Translations under genes and position numbers: made by a program
IMG/VR virus record: IMGVR_UViG_3300037419_000894
Span: 1 to 64,000 of that record
DNA from: a virus
Lineage: Duplodnaviria; Caudoviricetes
Length of the DNA: 64,000 bases
Reading direction: 5' to 3' (one strand)
The notes under the pieces: generated by a model
Told to the model about the DNA's origin: nothing
The model's input: the letters and a program-made list of their open reading frames with translations, nothing else
The model's database searches: none
Shown: piece by piece, positions 55,683 to 64,000 of the stretch
How positions within the stretch are numbered: position 1 is the stretch's first letter
How the letters are laid out: every line of letters begins with the position of its first letter

Positions 55683-56918
55683 TCAGACGTACTGGCTGTC
55701 CTGAATTGCCATGACGGTTTGGAAGTTAGTCTGTCCAGAACCGCCAGCAATGCATTCCAGTGCGGTGAACGGTGCGGTCAGGACCAGACCTTTCTCACCA
55801 TCGTCCTTACCAGCACCTCCCATTTTAACACGGGGCAAGGAAATTGCAACGAAATCCGCGTTTGCTGCGTTGCTGGCCGTGAAGGCAGCGTACAGCGACA
55901 CTTCCACTTCGTTGACGAAGTAGTCGCGGATCGTTGCATCGGTGAACAGCACCGTGGCCTGGCCGCTGACCTCGATGACGCCCGGCAGGATGTCCGGGTC
56001 AACGTTTGAGCCAACCACACCGCCGATGACGTTGTAGTTACCCTTGACGGTAACGTTCAACCCTGTCACCAGACCGACAGCGACGCCATTCAGGTACAGG
56101 ACGCCGTTCGATGCTGCCAGGCTGGAACCCGTGGTCACCGGAGTCGGGCTGACGAAGTAGCCTGCGGTGCTCGTGGTCATGTTAAGACCCTTCACGCCGA
56201 AGTCGACGGTCGCCATGCCGGTCGGCGGCAGCTTGATGTCAGCCTGGTCGATCACGCAGTCGGTGAACTGTTCCGCCTGCACGATGTCCTGGAAGTTGTG
56301 CTCGAAGGTGAAGTAGTCGCGGGTATGACCGGTCTGCGGGACGTAGGTATGCTTGCCAACGGACGTGATGGTAACTGCTGCGGTTTCAGTCTTCGCAACC
56401 ACAGGCTGGCCGTCCAGGCGGCAGACAGTCATAACCTTGTCGGTCAGGTTGGTGATCATCATGTTAGCTGCGTTGTTGGCGGTCGCCGTCGTGGTGAAGC
56501 CCGATGCACGAACCACCATGCCGATCTTGAACTTGTTGCCAGTCAGGAAGCTTGCAGTGGTTGCGGTGAGCGTGCCCGTATTGGTTCCGGTCGAGGCAGA
56601 GACAATATCACCAGCTGCTCCAACCACAGACACAGCGCTGACCACACGCTGACGAAGGATAGCCTCGAAGAACTGCTGATGGGTGGCTACACTCAGCTCA
56701 CCAGAGACGGTGCCGTCAACACTGCGCACGCCGTGACGGAAGTCAGCGCGTTGCTGCGACGGTCGGATCTCGCTTGACTGGTAGGTAGCCTTTTTCAGAT
56801 CCAGATTCGAAGTGGTACGGCGCAGATTCTGGCCCGTACCGGTGCCAGCTGCTTGTCCCAGGCCTGGTTGACGCTTGAACGTTACAAGCTTATTTACGCC
56901 GGAGGCGATGGTAGTCAT
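55683..56918 (-). CDS. Major tail tube protein
   Basis: 411 aa; SEIR-x-S...R-x-G-x-R-x-V-x-G pattern; position. Confidence 0.88.
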   Translation of the reverse strand: MTTIASGVNKLVTFKRQPGLGQAAGTGTGQNLRRTTSNLDLKKATYQSSEIRPSQQRADFRHGVRSVDGTVSGELSVATHQQFFEAILRQRVVSAVSVVGAAGDIVSASTGTNTGTLTATTASFLTGNKFKIGMVVRASGFTTTATANNAANMMITNLTDKVMTVCRLDGQPVVAKTETAAVTITSVGKHTYVPQTGHTRDYFTFEHNFQDIVQAEQFTDCVIDQADIKLPPTGMATVDFGVKGLNMTTSTAGYFVSPTPVTTGSSLAASNGVLYLNGVAVGLVTGLNVTVKGNYNVIGGVVGSNVDPDILPGVIEVSGQATVLFTDATIRDYFVNEVEVSLYAAFTASNAANADFVAISLPRVKMGGAGKDDGEKGLVLTAPFTALECIAGGSGQTNFQTVMAIQDSQYV

Positions 56919-56980
56919 AATTTCCTCTCTGTTTAAGAACCCGCCAAAGCGGTAATTGAGCCGCCCTCAGCGGCAGGTTA

Positions 56981-57628
56981 TCAACTATTAAAAATGTCTG
57001 CTTGGTATTCGATTACTACGGGCACAACAAAGTATTCGTCCACAGGATGCCCGCCAATGATTGCCGGGGTCTTAAGGATCTTTACATCCACACCGTCTGC
57101 ACTAAACACAGCTCCGCGCTTAAACGTAGACCGGATTAGTTCAGCGCGTGTGGTCACGGCTAATGTACCAAGGCCTGTCGGATAGTTGAGCATGATCTGG
57201 AACATGCCCGTTTCCCGAATCAAACTGTTGCCGTAACTTGGGTTCTCAGGGGTAGCTGGAAGCAGATATGCGCGCTGGTAGGCAACCCCGGCAAGCGGTT
57301 TAAAGTAAGCACCCTCCCATGCGGTAAGCTTTGCGCGCGCAACCCCGCCAGCACCCGCTGCCGTGCTTGCTATGGGGGTGTTCGTAACGGGGTGCAGCAG
57401 CGTAAAAGTGCTTGACCCCGTCACGTTCACTGTAAATGCGCCGTTCAATGCTCCAACCGAGTGACCTTGAATTTCAACAAGCAGACCGCTCTGGAGGTTG
57501 TGCGTAGCCTGTGTGGTTACAGTGACCACACTCCCGGAGGTAGAGCTCACGATCACTGCATCTGGGATGATTCCAGGCAGGCTATCGAGTGCGCTCTCCA
57601 ACGCTTGTCGGATCTTTACCAGAGACAT
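56981..57628 (-). CDS. Tail terminator (DUF4128-like) with inserted beta-rich domain
   Basis: IRQALE...AWE...GMFQI-x-L-x-YP-x-G-x-G; insert about aa 24-98. Confidence 0.7.
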   Translation of the reverse strand: MSLVKIRQALESALDSLPGIIPDAVIVSSTSGSVVTVTTQATHNLQSGLLVEIQGHSVGALNGAFTVNVTGSSTFTLLHPVTNTPIASTAAGAGGVARAKLTAWEGAYFKPLAGVAYQRAYLLPATPENPSYGNSLIRETGMFQIMLNYPTGLGTLAVTTRAELIRSTFKRGAVFSADGVDVKILKTPAIIGGHPVDEYFVVPVVIEYQADIFNS

Positions 57629-58111
57629 TTATTTACCCTCGCTAGCAATGTAGTCCAGCTCTGCTTGACGGCAAATCTGAGCAAACTCCATGCGCGTTAG
57701 ACCAACAATGCCTTGAGGCGGAACCTGCGTGCTGTGTAGACCAGTCTCAAGCAAAGCGGCGTAAGGTACATTGTTCACAAAGTAGTACACATGCCCGACA
57801 GGCCACCTAGGGATTGCCTTCCTCATGCGCTCCATTGACGCATGGCCCATCTTATCAGATCCGGGAATCTCACCAGTCGGGACTGTGTCCACTCCAAGCT
57901 GCCAGTTGTTCTTAAAGTGGCCCGGGACATACCCCTTTGGCCAGTATGGAGGATGCCACAATTCAGGATTGCCGACAACCGACCGATACACAAGCTTCCA
58001 AGAGATTTCTTCCAGCACCATTCGCGTAACTTTCTGAACGGCACCCTTACCCTTGAGCACGAAGCGGAACATGTCGTCCCGCGCTTTCATGTTAAGCTCT
58101 TTCGCGCTCAT
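57629..58111 (-). CDS. Tail completion protein (HK97 gp10-like)
   Basis: G-x-FKNNW, NNVPYA-x2-LE-x-G-x-S-x-Q-x-P-x-G. Confidence 0.8.
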   Translation of the reverse strand: MSAKELNMKARDDMFRFVLKGKGAVQKVTRMVLEEISWKLVYRSVVGNPELWHPPYWPKGYVPGHFKNNWQLGVDTVPTGEIPGSDKMGHASMERMRKAIPRWPVGHVYYFVNNVPYAALLETGLHSTQVPPQGIVGLTRMEFAQICRQAELDYIASEGK

Positions 58112-58494
58112 GCTCGTAGCACCAAAAGATAGAGCAGCGGGACCGGTCCTGGCCGTTGCTCCTGAATGTTGACGATTGTGTAGGTGAGACCGTCAAGAAT
58201 TACTTGATCCTGGAAGTTCGGTTTCGGACCCACTGCATCCATATATACCCATTTTTCTGATTTTTGTGAGAGGCTATTGGGTACAAGTGTCTGGCCGAAC
58301 TGTAGTGCAATGCGCAGGCCAGGCTGGTCCATTGTAACGACATATCGCGTGGACTCCACAGGGGCAACAGTTTCTATCATGCCTGTGGACGGATCGTAAG
58401 TTCCTGATCCTAAGGATTGCTGGCGCAATGTTGCAGCCCGTCCAAATTTTTGGATCGTTTTTGCAACGTTGGTAGCAACCCTGTTATAATCCAT
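58108..58494 (-). CDS. Head-closure protein
   Basis: KFGR-x2-TL...YDP-x-TG; position. Confidence 0.75.
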   Translation of the reverse strand: MDYNRVATNVAKTIQKFGRAATLRQQSLGSGTYDPSTGMIETVAPVESTRYVVTMDQPGLRIALQFGQTLVPNSLSQKSEKWVYMDAVGPKPNFQDQVILDGLTYTIVNIQEQRPGPVPLLYLLVLRA

Positions 58495-59022
58495 TTAAGT
58501 CCTGCTAAGCTTCATTGTAGCACCGCCAGTCCGGCCAGATAGATACGGTTTCAAAATTGCGTCAACAGCGGGGTATTGTTTTTGCCGGATGCTGTAAGGA
58601 TCATATTCCGTGGTGATTGGCCCTATGGTCTCCAGCAATACAGCCTGTGACGTGTCCTCCGTTAATTCCCCCATGCTAGCACGTAGAGCGAGCTCAATGC
58701 AAGCCCTTTTTACTTCATTGGGAACCTTGTCAAACGGGAAATAATTGAAACCGTAGACCCACTCACCGTCTACTGTGATTTGCACATTGACTCGCGGCCA
58801 GTCAAGAGCCTGCTCGATGGTGCGCCGCGCGCCAAGCCATCTACCTCGATAATTCTGAGTCATGTAGTCCGTCGCGCGACGCAAAGCTTGTTCTTTTTCA
58901 ACAACAGTTACATCACCCCAAATGGTGATGCCGCGGTTGGTGAAGTAAGTGTCGGCATCATCTACCGAAGCGTAGGACTCCGCATCGCTAATACCTTGAC
59001 CAATTTCGATAGTAAGAGCCAT
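58495..59022 (-). CDS. Head-tail adaptor (DnaT-like domain)
   Basis: ESYASVDDADTYF, QALDWPR, VPNEVKRACIELA, ETIGPITTEY. Confidence 0.85.
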   Translation of the reverse strand: MALTIEIGQGISDAESYASVDDADTYFTNRGITIWGDVTVVEKEQALRRATDYMTQNYRGRWLGARRTIEQALDWPRVNVQITVDGEWVYGFNYFPFDKVPNEVKRACIELALRASMGELTEDTSQAVLLETIGPITTEYDPYSIRQKQYPAVDAILKPYLSGRTGGATMKLSRT

Positions 59023-59023
59023 T

Positions 59024-59857
59024 TTATTTCTCCAATGGATATTTCTGACGCCGCCCCTTTAGCGGATAAGCTTGTTGGCGCCCGTACAGCGGGAAGTGCC
59101 TTGGTATCACAATACCACTCAGCAAGCTCACTGAGGGGCAAGAGTTCACTTGCCTACACAACGTTACAAGGATTTCATGCCGCTGCGTAACTAATCCGCC
59201 CAATGATTGATTTACTTGGCTACACGGGGAGGACAGAAGCCTATAATGTTGCGACACCGATCCTGCGCTACAGCTGTTTGCTTGGTCCACAGCTGCACCA
59301 GTTAATTGATAATGCTGTTGGACACTCCCGCTATCTGCGGAATTGACCTGAGTGCACTCAGCGGCAGTTAACGTAGCTCTGCCTTGAGTTGGAATTGCAC
59401 CTGTGGAGCTACTGTTCGTCTGGCTGCAATCGCTAGCTGTGAGTTCATGGTGCTGTATAACCACACTACCGCTTGAAGTGTGGTTATTGACATCGCTACC
59501 GCCAATGAGTTCGTGATGTTGCACTACCAGTGCAGACAAGCTCAAGTTCACCTGCGAGCTGTCCGCAGCTAGTAGTTTGTGACGCGATGCCACAACCCCA
59601 GAACCAGATGCATTCGCTTGTGAGCTATTTTCTGCGGTCAGCTCATGACGGACCCCTGTGACCACACCTACTGAAGAAGTATTGGTCTGGGTGCAATTCG
59701 CACCAATAAGTTCGTGGTGTTGTGTTACAACACCGGTAGCGCTGGAATTGACTTGAGCAGAACCAACTGCGGTCAAAGTGTGGCGGGTGACCGTTGTGCT
59801 GGTGCGCGCACCGAGGCCGAGCGATCGTAGGCCTAGCGGTATTAGGCCGAGCGCCAT
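59024..59857 (-). CDS. Virion protein with ten approximately 22-aa repeats
   Basis: Repeat unit (R/H)HELT-A-x2-(C/S)-x-Q-x-N-SS-x-G-x-V. Confidence 0.75.
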   Translation of the reverse strand: MALGLIPLGLRSLGLGARTSTTVTRHTLTAVGSAQVNSSATGVVTQHHELIGANCTQTNTSSVGVVTGVRHELTAENSSQANASGSGVVASRHKLLAADSSQVNLSLSALVVQHHELIGGSDVNNHTSSGSVVIQHHELTASDCSQTNSSSTGAIPTQGRATLTAAECTQVNSADSGSVQQHYQLTGAAVDQANSCSAGSVSQHYRLLSSPCSQVNQSLGGLVTQRHEILVTLCRQVNSCPSVSLLSGIVIPRHFPLYGRQQAYPLKGRRQKYPLEK

Positions 59858-60397
59858 TTACACCTCCGGCCAGCCGGTTGAGTAGTCGTAAGCAACCACA
59901 GCTTCAACAGTCTCCAGTGCCATGATAGCGTCACGGTGCTTGCCGTCAGTTCCGCCAATTGCGGATTCAGCTGCTTCGAACCGAGCCGCGTTCGCGTGCA
60001 CCTTAGCAACCAGAGCAGCTAGAGAGATGCCTCGTTTTGCAGCTTCATCGGACAGCATGGCGTATGGCGCACCAGCATCACCTTCACTATCATAACGGAT
60101 GGCACTGTCCCGTTTAATCGACCAGCTTGCCATCTCACCCTTGCTAACAAGCTCAACGACTTTGTCGCGTAGACGCTTAGAGTGCAATAGCACCTCCCGA
60201 CATTTATCCGCCTTTACGGAAGATAGGAGATCGGGGGCGGTAAAACTGTCAATAATGGCTTGCACGGCAGCAGCATCGTCCGCATACCACACATCGTTAT
60301 TGCATTCAAGGGCATAGCCGGCATCAGCTATAGCCTCGCTTAATCCAGGATAGCTTCCGGGAGCTATAGTTACCTTGTGATTGTTATCGTAGATCAT
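59858..60397 (-). CDS. Fibre-associated protein (DUF4376-like)
   Basis: Helical, ends V-x-AYDYSTGWP. Confidence 0.6.
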   Translation of the reverse strand: MIYDNNHKVTIAPGSYPGLSEAIADAGYALECNNDVWYADDAAAVQAIIDSFTAPDLLSSVKADKCREVLLHSKRLRDKVVELVSKGEMASWSIKRDSAIRYDSEGDAGAPYAMLSDEAAKRGISLAALVAKVHANAARFEAAESAIGGTDGKHRDAIMALETVEAVVAYDYSTGWPEV

Positions 60398-61311
60398 TTC
60401 ACCATCACCAAAGGTTGTCCACCAGAGCTTCGGGTCGTAGCGCCGGACATGGTTGCAAGGCTATCAGCAGATGCTGGAGCTGCGCCATAAGTTGCATCCT
60501 TGTACAGGTACATAACATCGCGTGAGTTAGTAATACCTGCGCCCATGTTCGTCGCTGGGTTAGCAAACAGCAATTGTATTGCGGCATCAGCCTGCAGCAT
60601 AAACCAGTACCAGCCACTCGGCAGGAAAAGAGGGTTTGCAGGAGTGATAGATTTAGCTCCAGTAGCAGTGTTCACAGCGATTTGCGCTGCGGATGTGAAT
60701 TCCTTGATCAGGTTTCCGGGCCCGCCGTCGCTACCCCAATCGTAGACAGAAAGACGCACATTGCCGGTAGTGGCGATGGAGGTAGCGTTCACCGCAAGCG
60801 TCGTAATTGGTTTACCGAAGATAAATTCGGAAGGAATGTACATCCGACGACCTGCGGTTAAGGCCACCCCTCCAGAATTGGAGTCAACTATGATGCGGTT
60901 GTTAAACGGGGCGTAGCTATCAGTAATGGCGCCAGACATCACTGGAACTGATGGGAGCGCAGGTCGCAGCGAGCCCGACTTTGCGTTCAGCATGATGTCG
61001 ATGTTCGCTGCGGTGCTACCAAAGTTGAGCGGAGTTGCGCCCGTCGATAGATACGTATTACCTGAGCTCACCCAAGTGGTGTGGACCTCGTCGCGGGTGA
61101 GGACACCTGTCGACAGGTTCAAAACACCTCTACCCTCCTCAGCCTGCACAACGGAGCTCCTAGCGGAGTCCCACTCTACAATATTGTATTCAACACGACG
61201 GCTTCCGGATACCCCGAGCACATCCGTCGGCAGTGGGAGCCCTCCTGCGCGAGCTGTGGTAAGCGCTCCCGTGCCGCCCGTGCTGCTAGTGCAGCTGACG
61301 AAGTTAAACAT
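60394..61311 (-). CDS. Fibre/decoration-like virion protein
   Basis: Ser/Thr/Gly-rich; RLSVYD-x4-GGPG-x-L pattern. Confidence 0.6.
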   Translation of the reverse strand: MFNFVSCTSSTGGTGALTTARAGGLPLPTDVLGVSGSRRVEYNIVEWDSARSSVVQAEEGRGVLNLSTGVLTRDEVHTTWVSSGNTYLSTGATPLNFGSTAANIDIMLNAKSGSLRPALPSVPVMSGAITDSYAPFNNRIIVDSNSGGVALTAGRRMYIPSEFIFGKPITTLAVNATSIATTGNVRLSVYDWGSDGGPGNLIKEFTSAAQIAVNTATGAKSITPANPLFLPSGWYWFMLQADAAIQLLFANPATNMGAGITNSRDVMYLYKDATYGAAPASADSLATMSGATTRSSGGQPLVMVK

Positions 61312-61313
61312 CT

Positions 61314-61700
61314 TTACACCGGCTGCGCCGAGTTATAGGTAACGACCGGGAAATCAACCGGATTACCCGAAGTAATCACCTGATTGGAAGTCTCGTCCGT
61401 CACCCACAACACTTTCGAGTTGACGGTGTCCAGGAACGCGATATGCAGATCCGGTGACGCGCCCGACGTCGCTGTGGCGTTCGCACTCTTGCTTGCAGGA
61501 GTTGCCAAGCGTCGGTCATTGACGTTGTTGGTCAGGGTGTAGTCACCCGCGACTGTGGCAACGGACGCAAGCTTTGCGGCGTTGACGGTCGCGTAACTAT
61601 CGCCAAAAGCATAACCTGAAATGAGGGCCATCAGGTTAGCGTTAGCCTTGATGTACGCAGGGCCGTTGTCCAGAACATCAGGGTGTGCGTATTTAGCCAT
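61314..61700 (-). CDS. Virion structural protein
   Basis: 128 aa in the head cluster. Confidence 0.7.
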   Translation of the reverse strand: MAKYAHPDVLDNGPAYIKANANLMALISGYAFGDSYATVNAAKLASVATVAGDYTLTNNVNDRRLATPASKSANATATSGASPDLHIAFLDTVNSKVLWVTDETSNQVITSGNPVDFPVVTYNSAQPV

Positions 61701-61718
61701 GGTATCAACCTTAAAGGC

Positions 61719-61916
61719 TTACTTGCGCAGCCACGGAGCAGCCTGCTCTTGCACAGGCGGCGCGACCGGTTGTTCCGGGGTCGGTTGCAGCGCCACTTCT
61801 TCGTCGAACAACTCATGCTGGTCCGCGTTGAAGTCAGATTTGTTGATGACGTAAAAGCCGAGGTCGTTGCCCGGGACTTTGTCGCACTTGACGCGAACGG
61901 TTTCACAGGTGTTCAT
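61719..61916 (-). CDS. Small head-associated protein
   Basis: GGAG RBS; INKSDFNADQHELF; follows capsid gene. Confidence 0.7.
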   Translation of the reverse strand: MNTCETVRVKCDKVPGNDLGFYVINKSDFNADQHELFDEEVALQPTPEQPVAPPVQEQAAPWLRK

Positions 61917-61935
61917 TTTGATCTCCAATTGGACT

Positions 61936-61964
61936 AAAAACCAACCCGATCGCTCGGGCTGGTT
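61936..61964 (-). terminator. Rho-independent terminator after the capsid gene
   Basis: AACCAGCCCGA-GCGA-TCGGGTTGGTT plus T-run on the - strand. Confidence 0.8.
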
Positions 61965-61985
61965 CTAGATTACAAAGCGCAGTGA

Positions 61986-63149
61986 TCAGCCCAGCAGCTG
62001 AGCCGCGTGCGCCGCCTTGATGCCGCCCGTGCCCCAGGCCGCCGACACCTCGTACTGCATTTGGCGGTATTGAGCGTACATCGCTACCTCGAAGGTGATG
62101 CCCGAACGCGGATCGGTGATCAGCATGCGGTCGACCGCGGAATCGCCACCGGACGGCAGCGCCGGGGCGCGAGTCGCCAGCAGCATCGACGACTTATGGA
62201 AGGCGATGTTGGCGGTTGCGTTGGCGCCGACGGTGACGGCGACTGCGGATGCTGCGATTGCTTGGACCAGGCCCGGCTTGTTGAGGGTCAGGACACCGGC
62301 GCCGTCGGTGCCGAGGTCTTTAGCTGCGACGTACTTGTTCGGGTCACCCGCGAAGGTCACGACGTCGCCGGCCAGAATGGTGCCGGTGCCGGTAATCAGC
62401 GTGATGGCGCGCGATCCGACCGCATAGCCTGCGGTATTGGTCGTGTAGCTTGCAGCAGTACCCTTGGCGATCGACTTGGGCGCCAGCGACTCGTGGAAGG
62501 ACAGACCGTTCAGGTCCAGCAGTTCGCCGGAGCGCAGGGTCAGCGTGGTGCCAGCCTCGTTCGCCTTGATCAGGTTCGGGATGGAACGCAGGTTGACGCC
62601 AGCGGTCGAGTTGATCACCAGTGCGCGTTCGCCGCCCGGGGCGCCATTGTCGTCCAGGATCTGGCGGATGTACGCGGAGTCGGCGATGCCAGCGCCAGCT
62701 GGGTTGAACGGGGTGGAGCCGGCGGTGCCGTAGGCCCGCGAGCAGGCGCGGCGCGCTGCCAGCCACATGTCCGTTTCCATTTCGTTGACCAGCGTGCGGA
62801 TTGCTTGGGTCATCTGGTCAGCTTGGATAGCGGCCGGCGCGGTGCCGGACGAGCGCAGCGCCTGTTCTTGTTCGCCGTTCCAGCGGAACGGTACGCGGCG
62901 CGATTTGGTAATGCGGAACTCGTTGGAGTCGATGGTCTGTTCACCGTCGTCCGGCGGCAGCATGCCCGGAACAATGTCGGTGGCTTGCGACGGGTTCGTC
63001 TCGAACGAGTACAGCACTTGGCCGATTGCGGCGCGTTCAGCGTTGGTGTCCAGCGTGACACATGGGATCATGCCCACCATCTCTTGTGAGACAATGTCCA
63101 GCGAGCGGTACAGCGGGCCGATCAGGTTGGTAAGGGTATTTTGTGCCAT
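61986..63149 (-). CDS. Major capsid protein (HK97 fold, P22 coat-like)
   Basis: 387 aa with strongly biased codons; follows scaffold; terminator downstream. Confidence 0.88.
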   Translation of the reverse strand: MAQNTLTNLIGPLYRSLDIVSQEMVGMIPCVTLDTNAERAAIGQVLYSFETNPSQATDIVPGMLPPDDGEQTIDSNEFRITKSRRVPFRWNGEQEQALRSSGTAPAAIQADQMTQAIRTLVNEMETDMWLAARRACSRAYGTAGSTPFNPAGAGIADSAYIRQILDDNGAPGGERALVINSTAGVNLRSIPNLIKANEAGTTLTLRSGELLDLNGLSFHESLAPKSIAKGTAASYTTNTAGYAVGSRAITLITGTGTILAGDVVTFAGDPNKYVAAKDLGTDGAGVLTLNKPGLVQAIAASAVAVTVGANATANIAFHKSSMLLATRAPALPSGGDSAVDRMLITDPRSGITFEVAMYAQYRQMQYEVSAAWGTGGIKAAHAAQLLG

Positions 63150-63162
63150 TTAAGGCTCCTTC

Positions 63163-64000
63163 TTAGTCGACGATTTGGGTGCCCGCGCTGATAACCGTAG
63201 CCTTTTCAGTCGGCTGCAGAGCATCGAACGCAGAACGTTTCATGGTCTTCCCGTTGCCACTCGCCTCACGAGCGTTACCGGAACCGCTACCCGACGTTGC
63301 TGCCGGGAACCAGTGCGGCTTTGCTTCTTTTTGCAGCTCCATCCATTCGGACGGACCGAACGGGGTTTTGCCGTCTTTGCCCAGCTCGGGTTGACCGTTC
63401 GGGCCGAGTTTCACAGCCCGGCCCTCGGCGTCGAGCGTGAAGATGTTGCGGGCCAGCATCAGGGCGTCTTCCACAGCACCCTTGTGCAGGCCACCGGTCA
63501 CGGACAGGATCTGGTTGTCCAGGACCGCACCTTGGTACTTTTTGGCCTGTTCCTGTGCAGCCTTGATCTGCTCTTGCAGGGAGTTGACCTTCGACTCGTG
63601 GTCGTTGCGCATGCGCTGCGTGTACTTGTCGATCAGTTCGCTGGTCTTGCCCTCGGAAATCAGGCGCGCGTCTTCGTCTTGGTCCAGGCGTTGCTGGTAA
63701 GCGGTCAGCTTCTCGATGTCCAGGCCTTTCAGCTTGGCAGGGTCGAGTCCCTCGAACGCCTTAGCAGCGTCCTTGAGCGTGCGGACAGTGCCCAGCAGCT
63801 CGTCGTTTTTAGCCTTCAGGCCGGAAACCTGCGTAGCAACCGCGTCCGAGATCGCCTTTTCGAAGTCCGCCTTGCTCATGGTGACGTTGCCGTCGCCGCC
63901 ATCACCACCGTCACCACCGTCACCTTCGTGGATGGACAGGATGGTCGGTTCGTACTTCGCCGTGTAGCCTGCGTTCTTCATCAGGTTTTCGAACAGTTTG
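63163..64000 (-). CDS. Capsid scaffolding protein (5' end probably beyond the window)
   Basis: Coiled coil GLKAKNDELLG; PHWFP...GSGSG; reading frame stays open to the window edge. Confidence 0.8.
   Translation of the reverse strand, partial: KLFENLMKNAGYTAKYEPTILSIHEGDGGDGGDGGDGNVTMSKADFEKAISDAVATQVSGLKAKNDELLGTVRTLKDAAKAFEGLDPAKLKGLDIEKLTAYQQRLDQDEDARLISEGKTSELIDKYTQRMRNDHESKVNSLQEQIKAAQEQAKKYQGAVLDNQILSVTGGLHKGAVEDALMLARNIFTLDAEGRAVKLGPNGQPELGKDGKTPFGPSEWMELQKEAKPHWFPAATSGSGSGNAREASGNGKTMKRSAFDALQPTEKATVISAGTQIVD

Larger units (their letters stand above)
2251..59667. repeat. Dispersed 9-mer TGACCACAC (about 38 exact copies) plus TAACCACAC variant (about 12)
   Basis: 24 copies on + and 14 on - found by eye; random expectation about 0.5. 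Confidence 0.92.

Noticed and set aside
1-64000. tRNA or rRNA genes
   Set aside because: No cloverleaf with a T-loop found by eye in intergenic DNA; GGTTCGA hits at about 4663 and 12844 are inside CDSs. A tRNAscan/ARAGORN run would settle it.

Overview
This window is most of the genome of a long-tailed dsDNA phage (siphovirus organisation). I saw no integrase, repressor, tRNA or CRISPR array. The left arm (+ strand, about 0.9-42.9 kb) holds about 45 small early genes, then a replication/recombination block (UvrD-like and SF2 helicases, primase-polymerase, ligase, Sak4-like ATPase, SSB, Cas4-like nuclease, clamp-like protein, family B DNA polymerase) and a 7-deazaguanine DNA-modification cluster (queE, queC, queD, folE, dpdA). 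The right arm (- strand, 43.0-64 kb) holds scaffold, capsid, head-tail, tail and lysis genes; terminase and portal presumably lie beyond the right edge. The main unexplained structure is non-coding or hidden inside genes: (1) two complete type I hammerhead ribozymes at early gene junctions; (2) about 11 copies of a covarying RNA pseudoknot motif at equivalent stop-codon-to-RBS junctions; (3) the 9-mer TGACCACAC about 38 times genome-wide (about 0.5 expected), with four paralogous putative DNA-binding proteins as candidate readers; (4) DNA islands almost free of GA/TC dinucleotides, a context modified by DpdA in coliphage CAjan. All counts were made by eye and all family assignments come from motif recognition, not database searches.
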